A stretch of DNA of 64,000 bases from an uncultured Chloroflexia bacterium (GTDB lineage Bacteria > Chloroflexota > Limnocylindria > Limnocylindrales > CSP1-4). The translations under genes and the position numbers were made by a program. Positions within the stretch are counted from its first letter, which is position 1, and each line of letters starts with the position of its first letter. The notes beneath the pieces are model-generated. The model was not told where the DNA came from, did not search any database, and was given only the letters and a program-made list of their open reading frames with translations. The stretch lies in the NCBI GenBank assembly GCA_963749705.1, contig CAVVNQ010000003.1:544001-608000 (forward strand). Direction: 5' to 3'. This document shows, in pieces, positions 41,814 through 53,750 of this stretch.

Positions 41814-41910
41814 GGGAGCGGAGGGGTCCCGGTGGGCTCCCCGGTCTTCAAAACCGGTGGCGCGGCGCCCGGCGTCGCGCGGTGGGTTCGACTCCCATGC
41901 GCTCCCGCCA
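41814..41910 (+). tRNA. selC: tRNA-Sec (anticodon UCA)
   Basis: CCGGT-CTTCAAA-ACCGG anticodon arm, 6-bp D stem, long variable arm, GGTTCGACTCC T arm and encoded GCCA end; CATAAT -10 box at 41798-41803. Confidence 0.95.
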
Positions 41911-41924
41911 CCCCGACCCGGTCG

Positions 41925-43403
41925 TCAGTCGGCGAGCTCGCGGTCCGCGGCCGCCAGGATCCGGGTCAGCTCGGCCTGCTCGGCAGCACCGAGCGGCTCC
42001 GGATGGTGGTTGGCGCGGATCCAGGCGACCTTCTCGCGCGCCACCTCGACCGGATCGCGGTACCGACCCTGCGCCAGCTCGTGGGTCAGCCCGCGCTTGA
42101 GCGAGGTTCGCATGTGGGTCCGCGTGTGCTCCTCGGCCAGGAAGTGACCACCGGGGCCGACGGCGGCGATCACGTCCAGCGCGAGCGTCTCGTCGTCGAT
42201 CTCCTCGGCCAGCAGCGCATGGCGGGCCCGCTGGTAGATGTCGTGGTCGAGGATGATCCCCTCGGGGTATAGCAAGGTGTAGGTGCGGTCGAGCCCGAGA
42301 CCCGTCACGAGCTCCGGGCCCGCGAGCCCGCCCAGGAACGGGTCGAGGGCCACCTCGGCCGCCGCCTGCCACGTCCCGGCCGCCGGCGAGTCGGTGCCGA
42401 AGCAGGCCGCCATCGACGGCAGGCCCCAGTGGTGGGCCATCTCCACCGGCGCGTAGCGTGCTCGCGAGTCGATCCCGTACCCGACGTAGCTGCCGGTCCG
42501 TGGATCGGCCCACGCCTTCATGATCGAGTGGAACACCGGCGTGCCGGGGTAGGCGAGCTGGAGCAGGACGATCCCGGAGATGACCTCGGCGTCACCGACG
42601 ACCAGCGCCCCGGCGTTGGTGGCCGGCGCGGTCGTGCCCAGCGTGGGCATCGCCAGCACGCCGATCGGGAGCCCGGCCTCGGCCATGACCAGCGCCGATT
42701 CGAGCGCGGCGTGGTCGTGGGCGAGGGGCGCGATCGAGCACACCAGGTTGGACAGGACGGGGCGCTCGCGGAGGGCCTCGTGCGAACCGGCGAGGACCGT
42801 CGCCATCTCGACCGCGTAGCGAGCCGCGGCATCGCCCATGACCATGCCCTGGAAGTGCTTGACCGTGTTGTTGACCGCTGCGTCGATCTCGTGGAGCTGC
42901 GAGGTCCGCCCGTGGTCCTGGGCGCTCACCGTGGGCCACATGAAGCCGATGGCGCCGAGGTAGTCGGCGATCCGGGCCATCTCCGCGACATCGGCCTTGC
43001 GCGAGGGACGCTCCTCGCGGGTGTCCCAGTCGATGGTCGCCACGCCGCAGCCGTCGGTCGTGTAGTAGCTGGTGCCATCCTCGAGGTGGAGGTCGAAGGC
43101 CGGGTTGCGCGCAGCCATCGTGAACCGCCGCGGCGCCATCGCAACGGCCCGGAGCACGAGGTCCCGCGGGAAGCGGACGATCTGCGTGGCCCGATCGACG
43201 ATCGCGCCATGGCCGGCGAGGATCTCGAGCGACCGCTCGTTGGGGAACCGGACGCCCGTTTCCTCGAGCACCCGCAGGGTCGCGTCCTGGAGGCGGTCGA
43301 GCTGCTCGTCCTCGAGGAAGGTGACCCGCCGGGACGAGCGCATCGGCTCAAGCGGCGGGGTGGGACCCCAGGTCGCGGCGGACGGATCCATCAGGCCGGT
43401 CAT
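41925..43403 (-). CDS. MttB superfamily methyltransferase, non-pyrrolysine
   Basis: LQDATLRVLEETG, CSIAPL, GTTAPAT.AG...AEVISG, YPGTPV, WGLPS and VGPGGHFL. Confidence 0.88.
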   Translation of the reverse strand: MTGLMDPSAATWGPTPPLEPMRSSRRVTFLEDEQLDRLQDATLRVLEETGVRFPNERSLEILAGHGAIVDRATQIVRFPRDLVLRAVAMAPRRFTMAARNPAFDLHLEDGTSYYTTDGCGVATIDWDTREERPSRKADVAEMARIADYLGAIGFMWPTVSAQDHGRTSQLHEIDAAVNNTVKHFQGMVMGDAAARYAVEMATVLAGSHEALRERPVLSNLVCSIAPLAHDHAALESALVMAEAGLPIGVLAMPTLGTTAPATNAGALVVGDAEVISGIVLLQLAYPGTPVFHSIMKAWADPRTGSYVGYGIDSRARYAPVEMAHHWGLPSMAACFGTDSPAAGTWQAAAEVALDPFLGGLAGPELVTGLGLDRTYTLLYPEGIILDHDIYQRARHALLAEEIDDETLALDVIAAVGPGGHFLAEEHTRTHMRTSLKRGLTHELAQGRYRDPVEVAREKVAWIRANHHPEPLGAAEQAELTRILAAADRELAD

Positions 43404-43541
43404 GGTCCACTCCCTTGCGCTGCCCCCCGCGGTCGACCGCGGACAGGCTGGGACGCCATCGCCAGTCTGCGCGTCGGGCACCGGACGGACAAGCGAGCGT
43501 CCTGCCGGGCGCGTCGCTCCCGTGCCTGCCATGATCGCCGG

Positions 43542-44915
43542 GTGAGCCCGCCGACCCGCGCCCACCCGCCCAGCGTCGACCGCGTCCTGTCCGCCGCGCG
43601 CGCGTCCGTCGCCGGTCGCGACCCGGCGGCGGTGCTCTCGATCGCGCGCGCCGTCGTGGACGAGGAGCGCGCGCGGCTTGCGGGAGCGGGGCCCGGCGCC
43701 ACGGCAAGCCCGGCGGCGGACCTCGGGCGGGAGGTCGGGGCCCGCCTCGAAGCGCTGGAGCGCGCCACTGCTCCGCAGCGGGTCATCAATGCCACGGGCG
43801 TCATCGTCCACACCAACCTCGGGCGTGCGCCGTGGCCAACGGCGGCGATCCACGCCGCGCGCGCCGCGGCCGAGGCCCCGTTGTTGCTCGAGCTGGATCC
43901 GGCCACGGGCCGGCGAGGCCGGCGATACGGCGACGCGGAGGACCATCTGGTCGCGCTCACGGGCGCCGCGGATGCGCTGGTGGTCAACAACAACGCCGCG
44001 GCGGTCGCGCTCGCGGTCGGCCTGGCGGGGCGCGGCGGCGGCGTTGCGGTGAGCCGCGGCGAGCTGGTCGAGATCGGCGGTGGCGTGCGGATCCCCGAGA
44101 TCGTCCGGCGTGCCGGCGCCCGGCTGGTCGAGGTGGGGACGACCAATCGGACCCGCGTCCGCGACTTCGAGGCGGCGCTCGCGGCGGGTTCGATCCGGGC
44201 TGTGCTTCGCGTCCATCCGTCCAACTTCCGGCAGGACGGGTTCGTGGAGACGCCGGAGCCGGCGGCGCTCGCGGCGGCCGCCCATGCACACGGCGCGATC
44301 GTCATCGACGACCTCGGCAGCGGCGCGCTGCTCGATACGGCCGCGTTCGGGCTTGCGCACGAGCCGACCCCGGCCGAGCGGCTGGCCGACGGCGCGGACC
44401 TGGTGACGTTCAGCGGCGACAAGCTCGTCGGAGGCCCGCAGGCGGGGTTCATCGTCGGTCGCGCGGACCTCGTGGAGCGGCTCCGGCGCGACCCGCTCGC
44501 CCGTGCCATGCGCCCGGACAAGGTGGTGCTCGCCGGGGTGGCCGCGACCCTTGCGCTCTACCGGGCCGGAGTGGCCGCGCGCGACGTCCCGGTTTGGCGG
44601 CAGATCGCGACGCCCGTGGAACGGCTGGAATCGCGGGCTGCGGCGATCGCGGAGACGATCCCCGGCGCGGCCGTCGGCGAGGTGGAATCGACGGTCGGCG
44701 GTGGCTCGCTGCCCGGTGAGACGCTCCCGTCGCGCGCCGTGATCGTGTCGACGTCGTCGCCTGACCGGCTCCTCGCCCGGCTGCGAGCCGGGTCTCCGGT
44801 CATCGTCGGGCGGATCGCGGACGGTGCCGTGGTCCTTGACGTGCGGACCGTGGAGCCCGAGGACGACCAGGCGCTCGCGCGTGCCCTGACCGCCGCGCTC
44901 GGCGAGCCGGGCTGA
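43542..44915 (+). CDS. selA: L-seryl-tRNA(Sec) selenium transferase
   Basis: VINATGVIVHTNLGRA, VVNNNAAA, SRGELVEIGG, EVGTTNRT, VHPSNF, DLGSG and FSGDKLVGGPQAG. Confidence 0.95.
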   Translation: MSPPTRAHPPSVDRVLSAARASVAGRDPAAVLSIARAVVDEERARLAGAGPGATASPAADLGREVGARLEALERATAPQRVINATGVIVHTNLGRAPWPTAAIHAARAAAEAPLLLELDPATGRRGRRYGDAEDHLVALTGAADALVVNNNAAAVALAVGLAGRGGGVAVSRGELVEIGGGVRIPEIVRRAGARLVEVGTTNRTRVRDFEAALAAGSIRAVLRVHPSNFRQDGFVETPEPAALAAAAHAHGAIVIDDLGSGALLDTAAFGLAHEPTPAERLADGADLVTFSGDKLVGGPQAGFIVGRADLVERLRRDPLARAMRPDKVVLAGVAATLALYRAGVAARDVPVWRQIATPVERLESRAAAIAETIPGAAVGEVESTVGGGSLPGETLPSRAVIVSTSSPDRLLARLRAGSPVIVGRIADGAVVLDVRTVEPEDDQALARALTAALGEPG

Positions 44916-44929
44916 CGCGACACGCCGCG

Positions 44930-46804
44930 ATGAGCGTCGTCATCGGCACGGCCGGCCACATCGACCACGGCAAGACCACGCTCCTGCGCGCGCTCACGGG
45001 GATCGATGCGGACCGGCTGCCCGAGGAGCGGCGCCGGGGCATGACGATCGACGTGGGATACGCGCATCTCGCGCTGCCGGACGGCGAGGTCGTCGACTTC
45101 GTGGACGTGCCCGGCCACGACCGGCTGGTCGGCAACATGCTGGTCGGCGCCGGCGAGATCGATGCCGCGCTGCTGGTCGTCGCGGCCGACGACGGACCGA
45201 ACGCCCAGACGCTGGAGCACCTCGAGCTCCTCGATGCGCTCGCGATCAGCGGCGGGATCGCCGTGGTGACGAAGGCGGACCTGGCGCCCGATGCGGATCA
45301 CCGCGCTGGGCTCATCGCCACGATCCGCGGGCTGCTCGACCGGACGGCCCTGGCCGGCGCTCCGGTGCTGGTCGCGTCGGCCACGACCGGCGAGGGGATC
45401 CCGGAGGTGCGGTCGGCGATCGGGACGCTGGCCGAGCGAGCGAGGTCTCGGGCGTTGTTCGATGGCCACCCGCGGCTCGCCATCGATCGCGTGTTCGCCG
45501 TCCGGGGTCGCGGCACCGTGGTCACCGGAAGCCTGCGTGGCGGGCCGCTCGATCGCGACATGATGCTGCGGCTGGTCCCCGGCGGTGCCGAGGTCCGGGT
45601 GCGCGAGGTCCAGGTCCGCGGCGCAGCGGTTGAGCGCGCGGTGGCGGGTCGCACGGCGCTGCTCGTCGGCGGCGTTGAGGCGGCGGCCCTTCGTCGCGGC
45701 CAGGTGTTGACGACGGACCCGGGAGTGGTGGAGACGTCGCGGGTCCTGGTGGCGGTCCGGCCGGTCGCGCGCGCCTCGGGGGCGCCCGCACCGCCGCCGG
45801 CGGATCGCGAGCGAGTGCGCCTGCACGCGGGCACCGAGCAGGCGGGCGTGCTCGTCGTGCGCGGCCCGCGCGAGGCGATCGACCTGCCGGACGCCACGGG
45901 CGTCGCACTGCTCCGGCTCGACCGGACGGTCGCGGCGGCTCCGGGGGACCGGTTCGCCCTTCGCCGGCCTTCCCCGGGTTCGACGGCCGGCGGCGGGGTG
46001 GTCCTCGATCCGCTGCCGCCGCGCGGGGTCTCGCGCCGCCGGCTCACGCCGGCGCGCGCCGCCGCGCTTGCGACGGCGCCGGTGGGGTCCGTCGAGGCAC
46101 GGGTCGACCTCCATGGGGCGTTGCGTCATGGCGGCGCCTGGGCGCTCGCTGCCGATGTCGAAGCGGCGCTGGCGGCGCGGGCCGGTGCGGTCGTTGCCGA
46201 TCACCACGCGGCGGACCCGGCCTCGGTCGGGCCGGCGGTCGCGCAGGTCCGCCAGGAGGTCGCGCGTGCGGCCCGGCGTCTGGCGACGCTCGACCGCACG
46301 GCGGCCGACGAGGTCGCGGCGGTCGTGGTCGATGCGCTGGTGGCTCGCGGCGAGGTCGCCCGCGACGGCGATCGGCTGCGCGATCCTGCGAGGGCGCCCG
46401 GATTGCCCGAGGCCACGCTGGCGGCGATGGACCGCCTCGAGGCCACGCTGGCGGTTGCCGCCCCACCCCCGCTTGCCGAGGCGGCCCGGGCCGCGGGCTG
46501 CCCGCCCGATGGGGTTCGCGCGCTCGAAGCCGCCGGCCGCCTGGTCCGGCTGGAGGACGATCTCGCGTGGTCCGGGACGACGTACCGGGAGCTGTCGCGT
46601 CGCGCGCTCGCCATGGCCGCCGAGACACCGCTCACCCCGGCCGCCTTCCGCGATGCGACCGGCACGAGCCGGCGCTACGTGCTCCTGATCCTCGAGGATC
46701 TCGACCGGCGAGGGCTGCTGCGGCGGACGGACGCCGGGCACGTCCTGGGGCCGAAGACGCTCGCGCGGCTCCGCGAGCGGGCGGCAGGCGGCCACGCGCG
46801 ATGA
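44930..46804 (+). CDS. selB: Selenocysteine-specific elongation factor
   Basis: GTAGHIDHGKT, EERRRGMTIDVG, DVPGH and IDRVF...GTVVTG; C-terminal winged helix TSRRY...LD. Confidence 0.95.
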   Translation: MSVVIGTAGHIDHGKTTLLRALTGIDADRLPEERRRGMTIDVGYAHLALPDGEVVDFVDVPGHDRLVGNMLVGAGEIDAALLVVAADDGPNAQTLEHLELLDALAISGGIAVVTKADLAPDADHRAGLIATIRGLLDRTALAGAPVLVASATTGEGIPEVRSAIGTLAERARSRALFDGHPRLAIDRVFAVRGRGTVVTGSLRGGPLDRDMMLRLVPGGAEVRVREVQVRGAAVERAVAGRTALLVGGVEAAALRRGQVLTTDPGVVETSRVLVAVRPVARASGAPAPPPADRERVRLHAGTEQAGVLVVRGPREAIDLPDATGVALLRLDRTVAAAPGDRFALRRPSPGSTAGGGVVLDPLPPRGVSRRRLTPARAAALATAPVGSVEARVDLHGALRHGGAWALAADVEAALAARAGAVVADHHAADPASVGPAVAQVRQEVARAARRLATLDRTAADEVAAVVVDALVARGEVARDGDRLRDPARAPGLPEATLAAMDRLEATLAVAAPPPLAEAARAAGCPPDGVRALEAAGRLVRLEDDLAWSGTTYRELSRRALAMAAETPLTPAAFRDATGTSRRYVLLILEDLDRRGLLRRTDAGHVLGPKTLARLRERAAGGHAR

Positions 46805-47525
46805 GCCGGCCCGATGTCGTCGCGATCGTGCTCGCGGGTGGCGCCTCATCACGTTTCGGATCGGACAAGCTTGCTGCTCAGCTGGACGGCCGGCCGCTGC
46901 TCCATTACGCGCTCGAGGCGGTGGCCGAGGTCGCGGGGTGGATCATCGTCGTTGCCTCCCCCGACACGGCGGCTCCATCGATACTGCCGGCCCTCGTGGA
47001 TCGGGTGACGATCGCCCGGGACAGCGTCGCGCACGCGGGGCCGCTGGCCGGGCTCGCGGCCGGACTGGCGGCCGAGCTCGCCGCCGAGCTCGGCGGCGAG
47101 CTCGCTGCTGTCCGCGATGAGCGTCCGCGCATCGCCCGGGAGGGGTCGCCGCGCATCGCCGCCGATGAGCGTCCGCGCATCGCCCGGGAGGGGTCGCCGC
47201 GCATCGCGCTGGTCGTGGGCGGCGACATGCCATCGCTCGTCCCGGGCGTCCTGCGGCTGCTCCTCGACTCGCTTGCCGCCGACCCAGGTCTCGCTGCGAT
47301 GACCCTCGCCGCATCGCCGGAGGCGCCGCTGCCGATGGTGGTGCGCCCGAGCGCGGTGTCGGTCGCCGTCGACGCATGTCTCGCCGCCGAGCGTCGAAGC
47401 CTGCGCGCGCTGCTCGATGCGGTGCCGTCGGCCAGGGTTCCGGAGTCGGCCTGGCGCACGCTCGATCCTGGCGGGCGGACGCTCGCGGACGTCGACCGGC
47501 CCGAGGACGTGCGCCCCGCAGGCGG

Positions 47526-47529
<4 letters not shown>
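46801..47529 (+). CDS. mobA: Molybdenum cofactor guanylyltransferase
   Basis: VLAGGASSRFGSDK, GPLAGL, GGDMP and DVDRPED. Confidence 0.88.
47115..47207. repeat. In-frame duplication with a 48-bp period inside mobA
   Basis: CGATGAGCGTCCGCGCATCGCCCGGGAGGGGTCGCCGCGCATCGC at 47115 and 47163 (DERPRIAREGSPRIA x2). Confidence 0.9.
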
Positions 47530-49190
<1,661 letters not shown>

Positions 49191-49311
49191 GCGCGAAGCA
49201 TGGCAGCGGGCGTGGTGCCGTGGAACGGCCGTTGCATGTGCCGGGGCGCTCGTCGCGTTGCACGTGCCGAGCCCCCGCGGCACGACCTCGACCGCCGGGT
49301 ACCCTGCACGG

Positions 49312-49860
49312 ATGACGACCGTTCACCTGCTCCACGCCGGCTACGCGGGCGACCGCGTGGGCTCGTCCATCGTCCTGGTCCGCGATTCCGATGCGCTGAT
49401 CGTGGTCGATCCCGGGATGGTGGCCCGCCGATCGCTGATCCTCGATCCGCTGCGCGACCTGGGCGTCGCTCCCGAGGCGGTGACCCACGTGTTCCTCAGC
49501 CACCACCACCCGGACCACACCGTCAACATCGCGCTGTTCCCCAACGCGGAGGTGGTGGACTTCTGGGCTCGCTACAGGGACGACCTGTGGCTCGACCACG
49601 ACGGCGACGGGTATCAGCTGTCGCCGCGGAGCGAGCTGTGGCTGACGCCGGGGCACACCGAGGAGGACGCGACGCTCGTCGTCCGGGCTGACGACGCGGT
49701 GTACGCGATGACCCACCTGTGGTGGCGCGAGGACCGCACGCCGCTCGAGGACCCGCTGGGCTGGGACCAGGCGCTGATCGAGCAGCACCGCGAGCGCGTG
49801 CTCGCCGCTGCCGACATCGTGATCCCGGGCCACGGCGGCCCGTTCCGGGTGGCTCGCTGA
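49312..49860 (+). CDS. Metallo-beta-lactamase fold hydrolase
   Basis: VVDPG, SHHHPDH, TPGHT and IPGHG. Confidence 0.85.
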   Translation: MTTVHLLHAGYAGDRVGSSIVLVRDSDALIVVDPGMVARRSLILDPLRDLGVAPEAVTHVFLSHHHPDHTVNIALFPNAEVVDFWARYRDDLWLDHDGDGYQLSPRSELWLTPGHTEEDATLVVRADDAVYAMTHLWWREDRTPLEDPLGWDQALIEQHRERVLAAADIVIPGHGGPFRVAR

Positions 49861-49920
49861 GGGTCGCGTTCACGGGATCGGTTGACGGCTCGCCCGATGC
49901 CGGGGTTGCCGGCTCGCCGG

Positions 49921-51558
49921 TCAGGCGGCCCTCGGTGTCTCCCCGTCGGCATCGGAATCCTCGGCACCCGGACGGAGCCCGATCCAGTTCGCGAGCGCAC
50001 CCGCCGCCAGCAATGCCGCGCACACCACGGCCGCCAGGCGAAGGGCGTCGACCGAGGCGACGTGCGCCGCGGCGGCGATCGCGGGTGGCGTCGATGCCAG
50101 CGGCGGATTGAGCGGCTGGACCATGGCGCGCAGGGAGGGATCCGATGGATCGACGCCCGGCACCGCACCGGCCAGCGCGGCGTAGAACGATCCGCTCACG
50201 ACCACGAAGATCAGCGCCGACAGCAGCGGCTGGCCGATCCGGCTGACGGCGTTGTTGATCGCCGACGCGAGCCCCGCGTTGCGCACCGGCACGGAGGACA
50301 TCAGCGTCGCCGTCAACGGCGCAACGACCAGCGAGATCCCGATCCCGAACAGGAGCACGAACGGCAGGATGTCGACGATGGTCGAGACCGGCGGCACGAA
50401 CGTCGACGGGTCGCCCAGCGCGAGCGGCCACGGTTCGGTGGTCGCCGGAACCCGGGCGAGCCACAGGAGCCCGGCGGCCATGATCAACGGGCCCGCGACG
50501 AGGAATGGCCGCACGCCGCGGCGTCCGGCCACGCTGCCGACGCGCGTCGAGAGCACCGTCAGCAGGATCCCCGATGGCAGCCCGATGACCCCGGCCGCCG
50601 TGGCCGAATAGCCGACGACTCCCTGGATGAACAGCCCCTGGAAGGTGAACGTGGTGTACAGGCCGGCATAGATCAACAGCGTCGACAGGTTGATCGTCGC
50701 GAACCGGCGGCGGCGAAACAGCTCGAGCGGCACGAGCGGGTTCGGGCGGCGCGCCATCAGGACCGGAAATGCGACCAGAGCGACGGCGCCCAAGACCAGC
50801 GAGGCCCACGCGACCGGGTCCTCCCAGCGTCGGTCCTGCCCGCGGATCGTGCCGAACGCGAGCCCACCCACGGCGACCACCGCCACGGCGGCGCCCAACC
50901 AGTCGAATCGACCCGTCGCACCCTCGGCGCGCGTCTCGGGCATGTGGCGCACGGTCGCGTGCAGCGCCACGACGACGAGTGGGACGTTGATCAGGAACGC
51001 CGCGCGCCAGCTCACGCCGTCGACCAGCAGCCCGCCGATCAACGGGCCGATCAGCGTCATCGCCGATGTCGCGGACGCCCAGATCCCGAACGCTCGCGCT
51101 CGTTCGCGTCCCTCGAACAGCGCGGTCACGATGGCCAGCGAGCCCGGGACCAGGAGTGCGCCCGCGGCGCCCTGCAGCAGGCGGAATGCGACCAGCAGCT
51201 CGAGCGACGGAGCGAGCCCGCACAGGACCGACATCGTGCCGAACCCGACCAGGCCGATGGCGAACACCCGCCGGCGGCCGTGGTAGTCGGCCAGCGCGCC
51301 CGCCAGGACGAGCAGGGCCGCCAGCGTCGCCAGGTAGCCGCTGACCGCGTACGTCTGGCCCTCGAGCGTCGACACCAGCGTTCCCGGCAGCTGCTCGCCG
51401 ATCTTGGGCAGCGCGAGGTTCATCACGGTGCCGTCGAGGAACACCATCGACGAGCCTAGGATGGCGGCGCTCATGGTCCAGCGTTGGGCCGAGGTCACTG
51501 GGTCTGCATCCTGGGATTGCGGGCGGTCGGGCAGCGGTTCGCGGAGTGTGTCAGGCAC
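49921..51558 (-). CDS. MFS transporter (DHA2/14-TM type)
   Basis: FLDGTVMNLALP, GALADYHGRRRVF and WRAAFLINVP; start approximate. Confidence 0.88.
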   Translation of the reverse strand: MPDTLREPLPDRPQSQDADPVTSAQRWTMSAAILGSSMVFLDGTVMNLALPKIGEQLPGTLVSTLEGQTYAVSGYLATLAALLVLAGALADYHGRRRVFAIGLVGFGTMSVLCGLAPSLELLVAFRLLQGAAGALLVPGSLAIVTALFEGRERARAFGIWASATSAMTLIGPLIGGLLVDGVSWRAAFLINVPLVVVALHATVRHMPETRAEGATGRFDWLGAAVAVVAVGGLAFGTIRGQDRRWEDPVAWASLVLGAVALVAFPVLMARRPNPLVPLELFRRRRFATINLSTLLIYAGLYTTFTFQGLFIQGVVGYSATAAGVIGLPSGILLTVLSTRVGSVAGRRGVRPFLVAGPLIMAAGLLWLARVPATTEPWPLALGDPSTFVPPVSTIVDILPFVLLFGIGISLVVAPLTATLMSSVPVRNAGLASAINNAVSRIGQPLLSALIFVVVSGSFYAALAGAVPGVDPSDPSLRAMVQPLNPPLASTPPAIAAAAHVASVDALRLAAVVCAALLAAGALANWIGLRPGAEDSDADGETPRAA

Positions 51559-51632
51559 GGGCTGAGGGCGTCCAGTCCGCGGCGCCCGCCGGCCGGGCTC
51601 CGAATCGTGATGCCTGCTCTATGCTGCGGCCG

Positions 51633-52355
51633 ATGCCCGGACCAGTCGCGCTCGTCGGCGCCGGAGAGTTCCTCGCCCCCATGGCCGAGTTCGATCGCGG
51701 CCTGCTGGACGCGACCGGCCGCGATCGCCCCCGCGTCGTGATCCTGCCCACCGCCTCGGCACCCGATGGCGAGGCCACGTTCAGGTCGTGGGCGGATCGT
51801 GGCGTTGCGCACTTCGCGGGGCTCGGCGCCGAGGTCGAGCCCGTCCTCGTCCGCCACGTTGCCGATGGCTACGACGCGGCCGCCCTCCAGGCGGTCGGGG
51901 AGTCGGACCTCGTCTACCTCTCGGGTGGCCATCCGCGGCACCTGCTGGCGGTGCTCCAGGGGTCGCCGCTCGGGGCCGCGCTCCGGGCAGCGCATGCGCG
52001 TGGCGCCACGGTGGCCGGGTGCTCCGCCGGAGCGATGGCCATCGCCGGACGGGCCGCGGAGTTCCGGCTGCTGCCGCGGCTCCGGGTGCCGCTGCCGTTC
52101 CCGTTGCGCTGGCCGGCTGGCCTCGCCCTGGTCGACGGGTGCGCGGTGCTGCCGCACTACGACGCCTGGCCCGAGCCCATAGCCGCCCTCGTGGCGCTCC
52201 AGGCTCCGCGCGGCGGGGTGGTGCTGGGGATCGACGAGGACACCGCGGTCGTCTGCGGCCACGGCGCGTGGCAGGTTCACGGTCGTGGGCGGGTCACGGT
52301 CTGGCGCGGTCGCCACCGTGAGCGCTTTCGCCGTGGGGACGCGTTCCGGATCTGA
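51633..52355 (+). CDS. Peptidase S51 / cyanophycinase-like protein
   Basis: ILPTAS, YLSGG, GCSAGAM, LPHYD and GIDEDTA. Confidence 0.82.
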   Translation: MPGPVALVGAGEFLAPMAEFDRGLLDATGRDRPRVVILPTASAPDGEATFRSWADRGVAHFAGLGAEVEPVLVRHVADGYDAAALQAVGESDLVYLSGGHPRHLLAVLQGSPLGAALRAAHARGATVAGCSAGAMAIAGRAAEFRLLPRLRVPLPFPLRWPAGLALVDGCAVLPHYDAWPEPIAALVALQAPRGGVVLGIDEDTAVVCGHGAWQVHGRGRVTVWRGRHRERFRRGDAFRI

Positions 52356-52863
52356 TTCCCCGCCCGTCCGTCCAGCCCGGCAGCCGTTCCTGCAGGAGCC
52401 CGTCGACACGATGGTGCTCGGCGCTCCACGACCCCCACACGGCTCGCGCCCAGCGGCCGAGGACCTCGGCGTAGTCGGTCGTGGTCGCGGCGAGCGCAAG
52501 ATCCTGGACCGTCGTCCCGGCCGCGGCCGCGGGCCCCGGGAACCGCGGCCAGTCGCGATGGCTGCGCGCGAGGAGCTGGTGCGCGTCGCGGACCTCGATG
52601 CCCGCCCAGCCGTGCTCGAGCGCCAGGTCCAGCCCGATGAGCGCGAAGGCCGTGGTGATCGCAGCCGTCCGGTCACCCGCGTGCTGGGCGGCATACGTGT
52701 CGACCAGCAGCTGGTGCCACCGTCCGAGCTCGGCGAGGTGCTCGTACTCGTAGCCCAGGACCTCGCCGTACAGATCGTGGCACGCCGCCGATGCCGTCGA
52801 GCGCGGGCTCCAGGGCTCGCCCCAGCCCGGCAGCTCGACCCCGCAGCCCGGACAGGCGACCAT
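52294..52863 (-). CDS. DUF5946-like hypothetical protein
   Basis: CPGCG...ASAAC..LY, HQLLVDTYAAQH and WARAVW. Confidence 0.7.
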   Translation of the reverse strand: MVACPGCGVELPGWGEPWSPRSTASAACHDLYGEVLGYEYEHLAELGRWHQLLVDTYAAQHAGDRTAAITTAFALIGLDLALEHGWAGIEVRDAHQLLARSHRDWPRFPGPAAAAGTTVQDLALAATTTDYAEVLGRWARAVWGSWSAEHHRVDGLLQERLPGWTDGRGIRSGTRPHGESAHGGDRARP

Positions 52864-52928
52864 CGACGGAACGGCGTCTCGCGGCAAGGGAAACCGCTCC
52901 TCCGGTGGCGGCGGGAGGCCCGGCCGCC

Positions 52929-53267
52929 TCAGTCGGGCTTGATCGCCCGGAAGCAGTCCGAGCAGTAGACCGGCTTGTCCATCCGGGGCTTGAACGGCAC
53001 CTGCGCCTGGTTGCCGCACGAGGAGCACACCGCGACGAAGTACTCGCGGGCGCCGCGGTCGTCCATCCGCTCATAGCCGCGAGGTCCGCCGTACGCGTGC
53101 ATGTCGGAGCCGCCGTCGCGGGTCGAGCGGCGGTACGCGCGGCAGGAGGCGCACCGCTTGGGCTCCGACGTGAACCCCTTCTGGATGTAGTACTCCTGGT
53201 CCGCGGCGGAGTGGATGAACTCCACTCCGCAGTCGACGCAGATGAGAGTTCGATCGACGTAGGTCAC
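52929..53267 (-). CDS. Zinc-ribbon protein (CxxC-x17-CxxC type)
   Basis: CVDCG.EF...QEYY..KGF..EPKRCASCR and CSSCG....VPFKP...PVYCSDCF; SD GGAGGAG. Confidence 0.88.
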   Translation of the reverse strand: MTYVDRTLICVDCGVEFIHSAADQEYYIQKGFTSEPKRCASCRAYRRSTRDGGSDMHAYGGPRGYERMDDRGAREYFVAVCSSCGNQAQVPFKPRMDKPVYCSDCFRAIKPD

Positions 53268-53750
53268 GAGGTGCTCCTCCCGGGCGCGCGCTCCGACGGC
53301 TCGTGGTGGGCGTCGAACCTGAGACCTCACCCGACGACGGAGGCCACGGCGGGGAGTCAGCCGGGGCCACGCGTCCCAGGTGCCGTTCTCGGAGTCCCTA
53401 GCTCGGGCCACACCGGTGTGTACGTGAACTTCAGCCTACACCGCCTCGTCGATCCGGGCGTTGCGCGGCCCTGGCGGCTGCCGGCCACGATCCAGGTGCG
53501 ATCGGCACCGGGCGCATGGCTGCGACCGTGACGGGCGACCTGTCACAATGACGCCCAAGACTCGGCATGGCGAGACGGGAGCGATGGGGGCGCCCGCCAC
53601 GCAACCGGGTCCCGGGGGCGACCGGCCCGGCCCTGAACACGTCCGAGACCACGCCAGGTGCAGGACGGGGGCTGGAAGCGGCCGCTTGCGGGGCCCGGTC
53701 GGTGTGCCGGTTGCACCGATGGCGTTGTCCCAGGGAGGCAGGCCCACCGC

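Noticed and set aside
37630-43403. Pyrrolysine recoding in the MttB genes
   Set aside because: All three frames are uninterrupted with no in-frame TAG, and there are no pyl genes.
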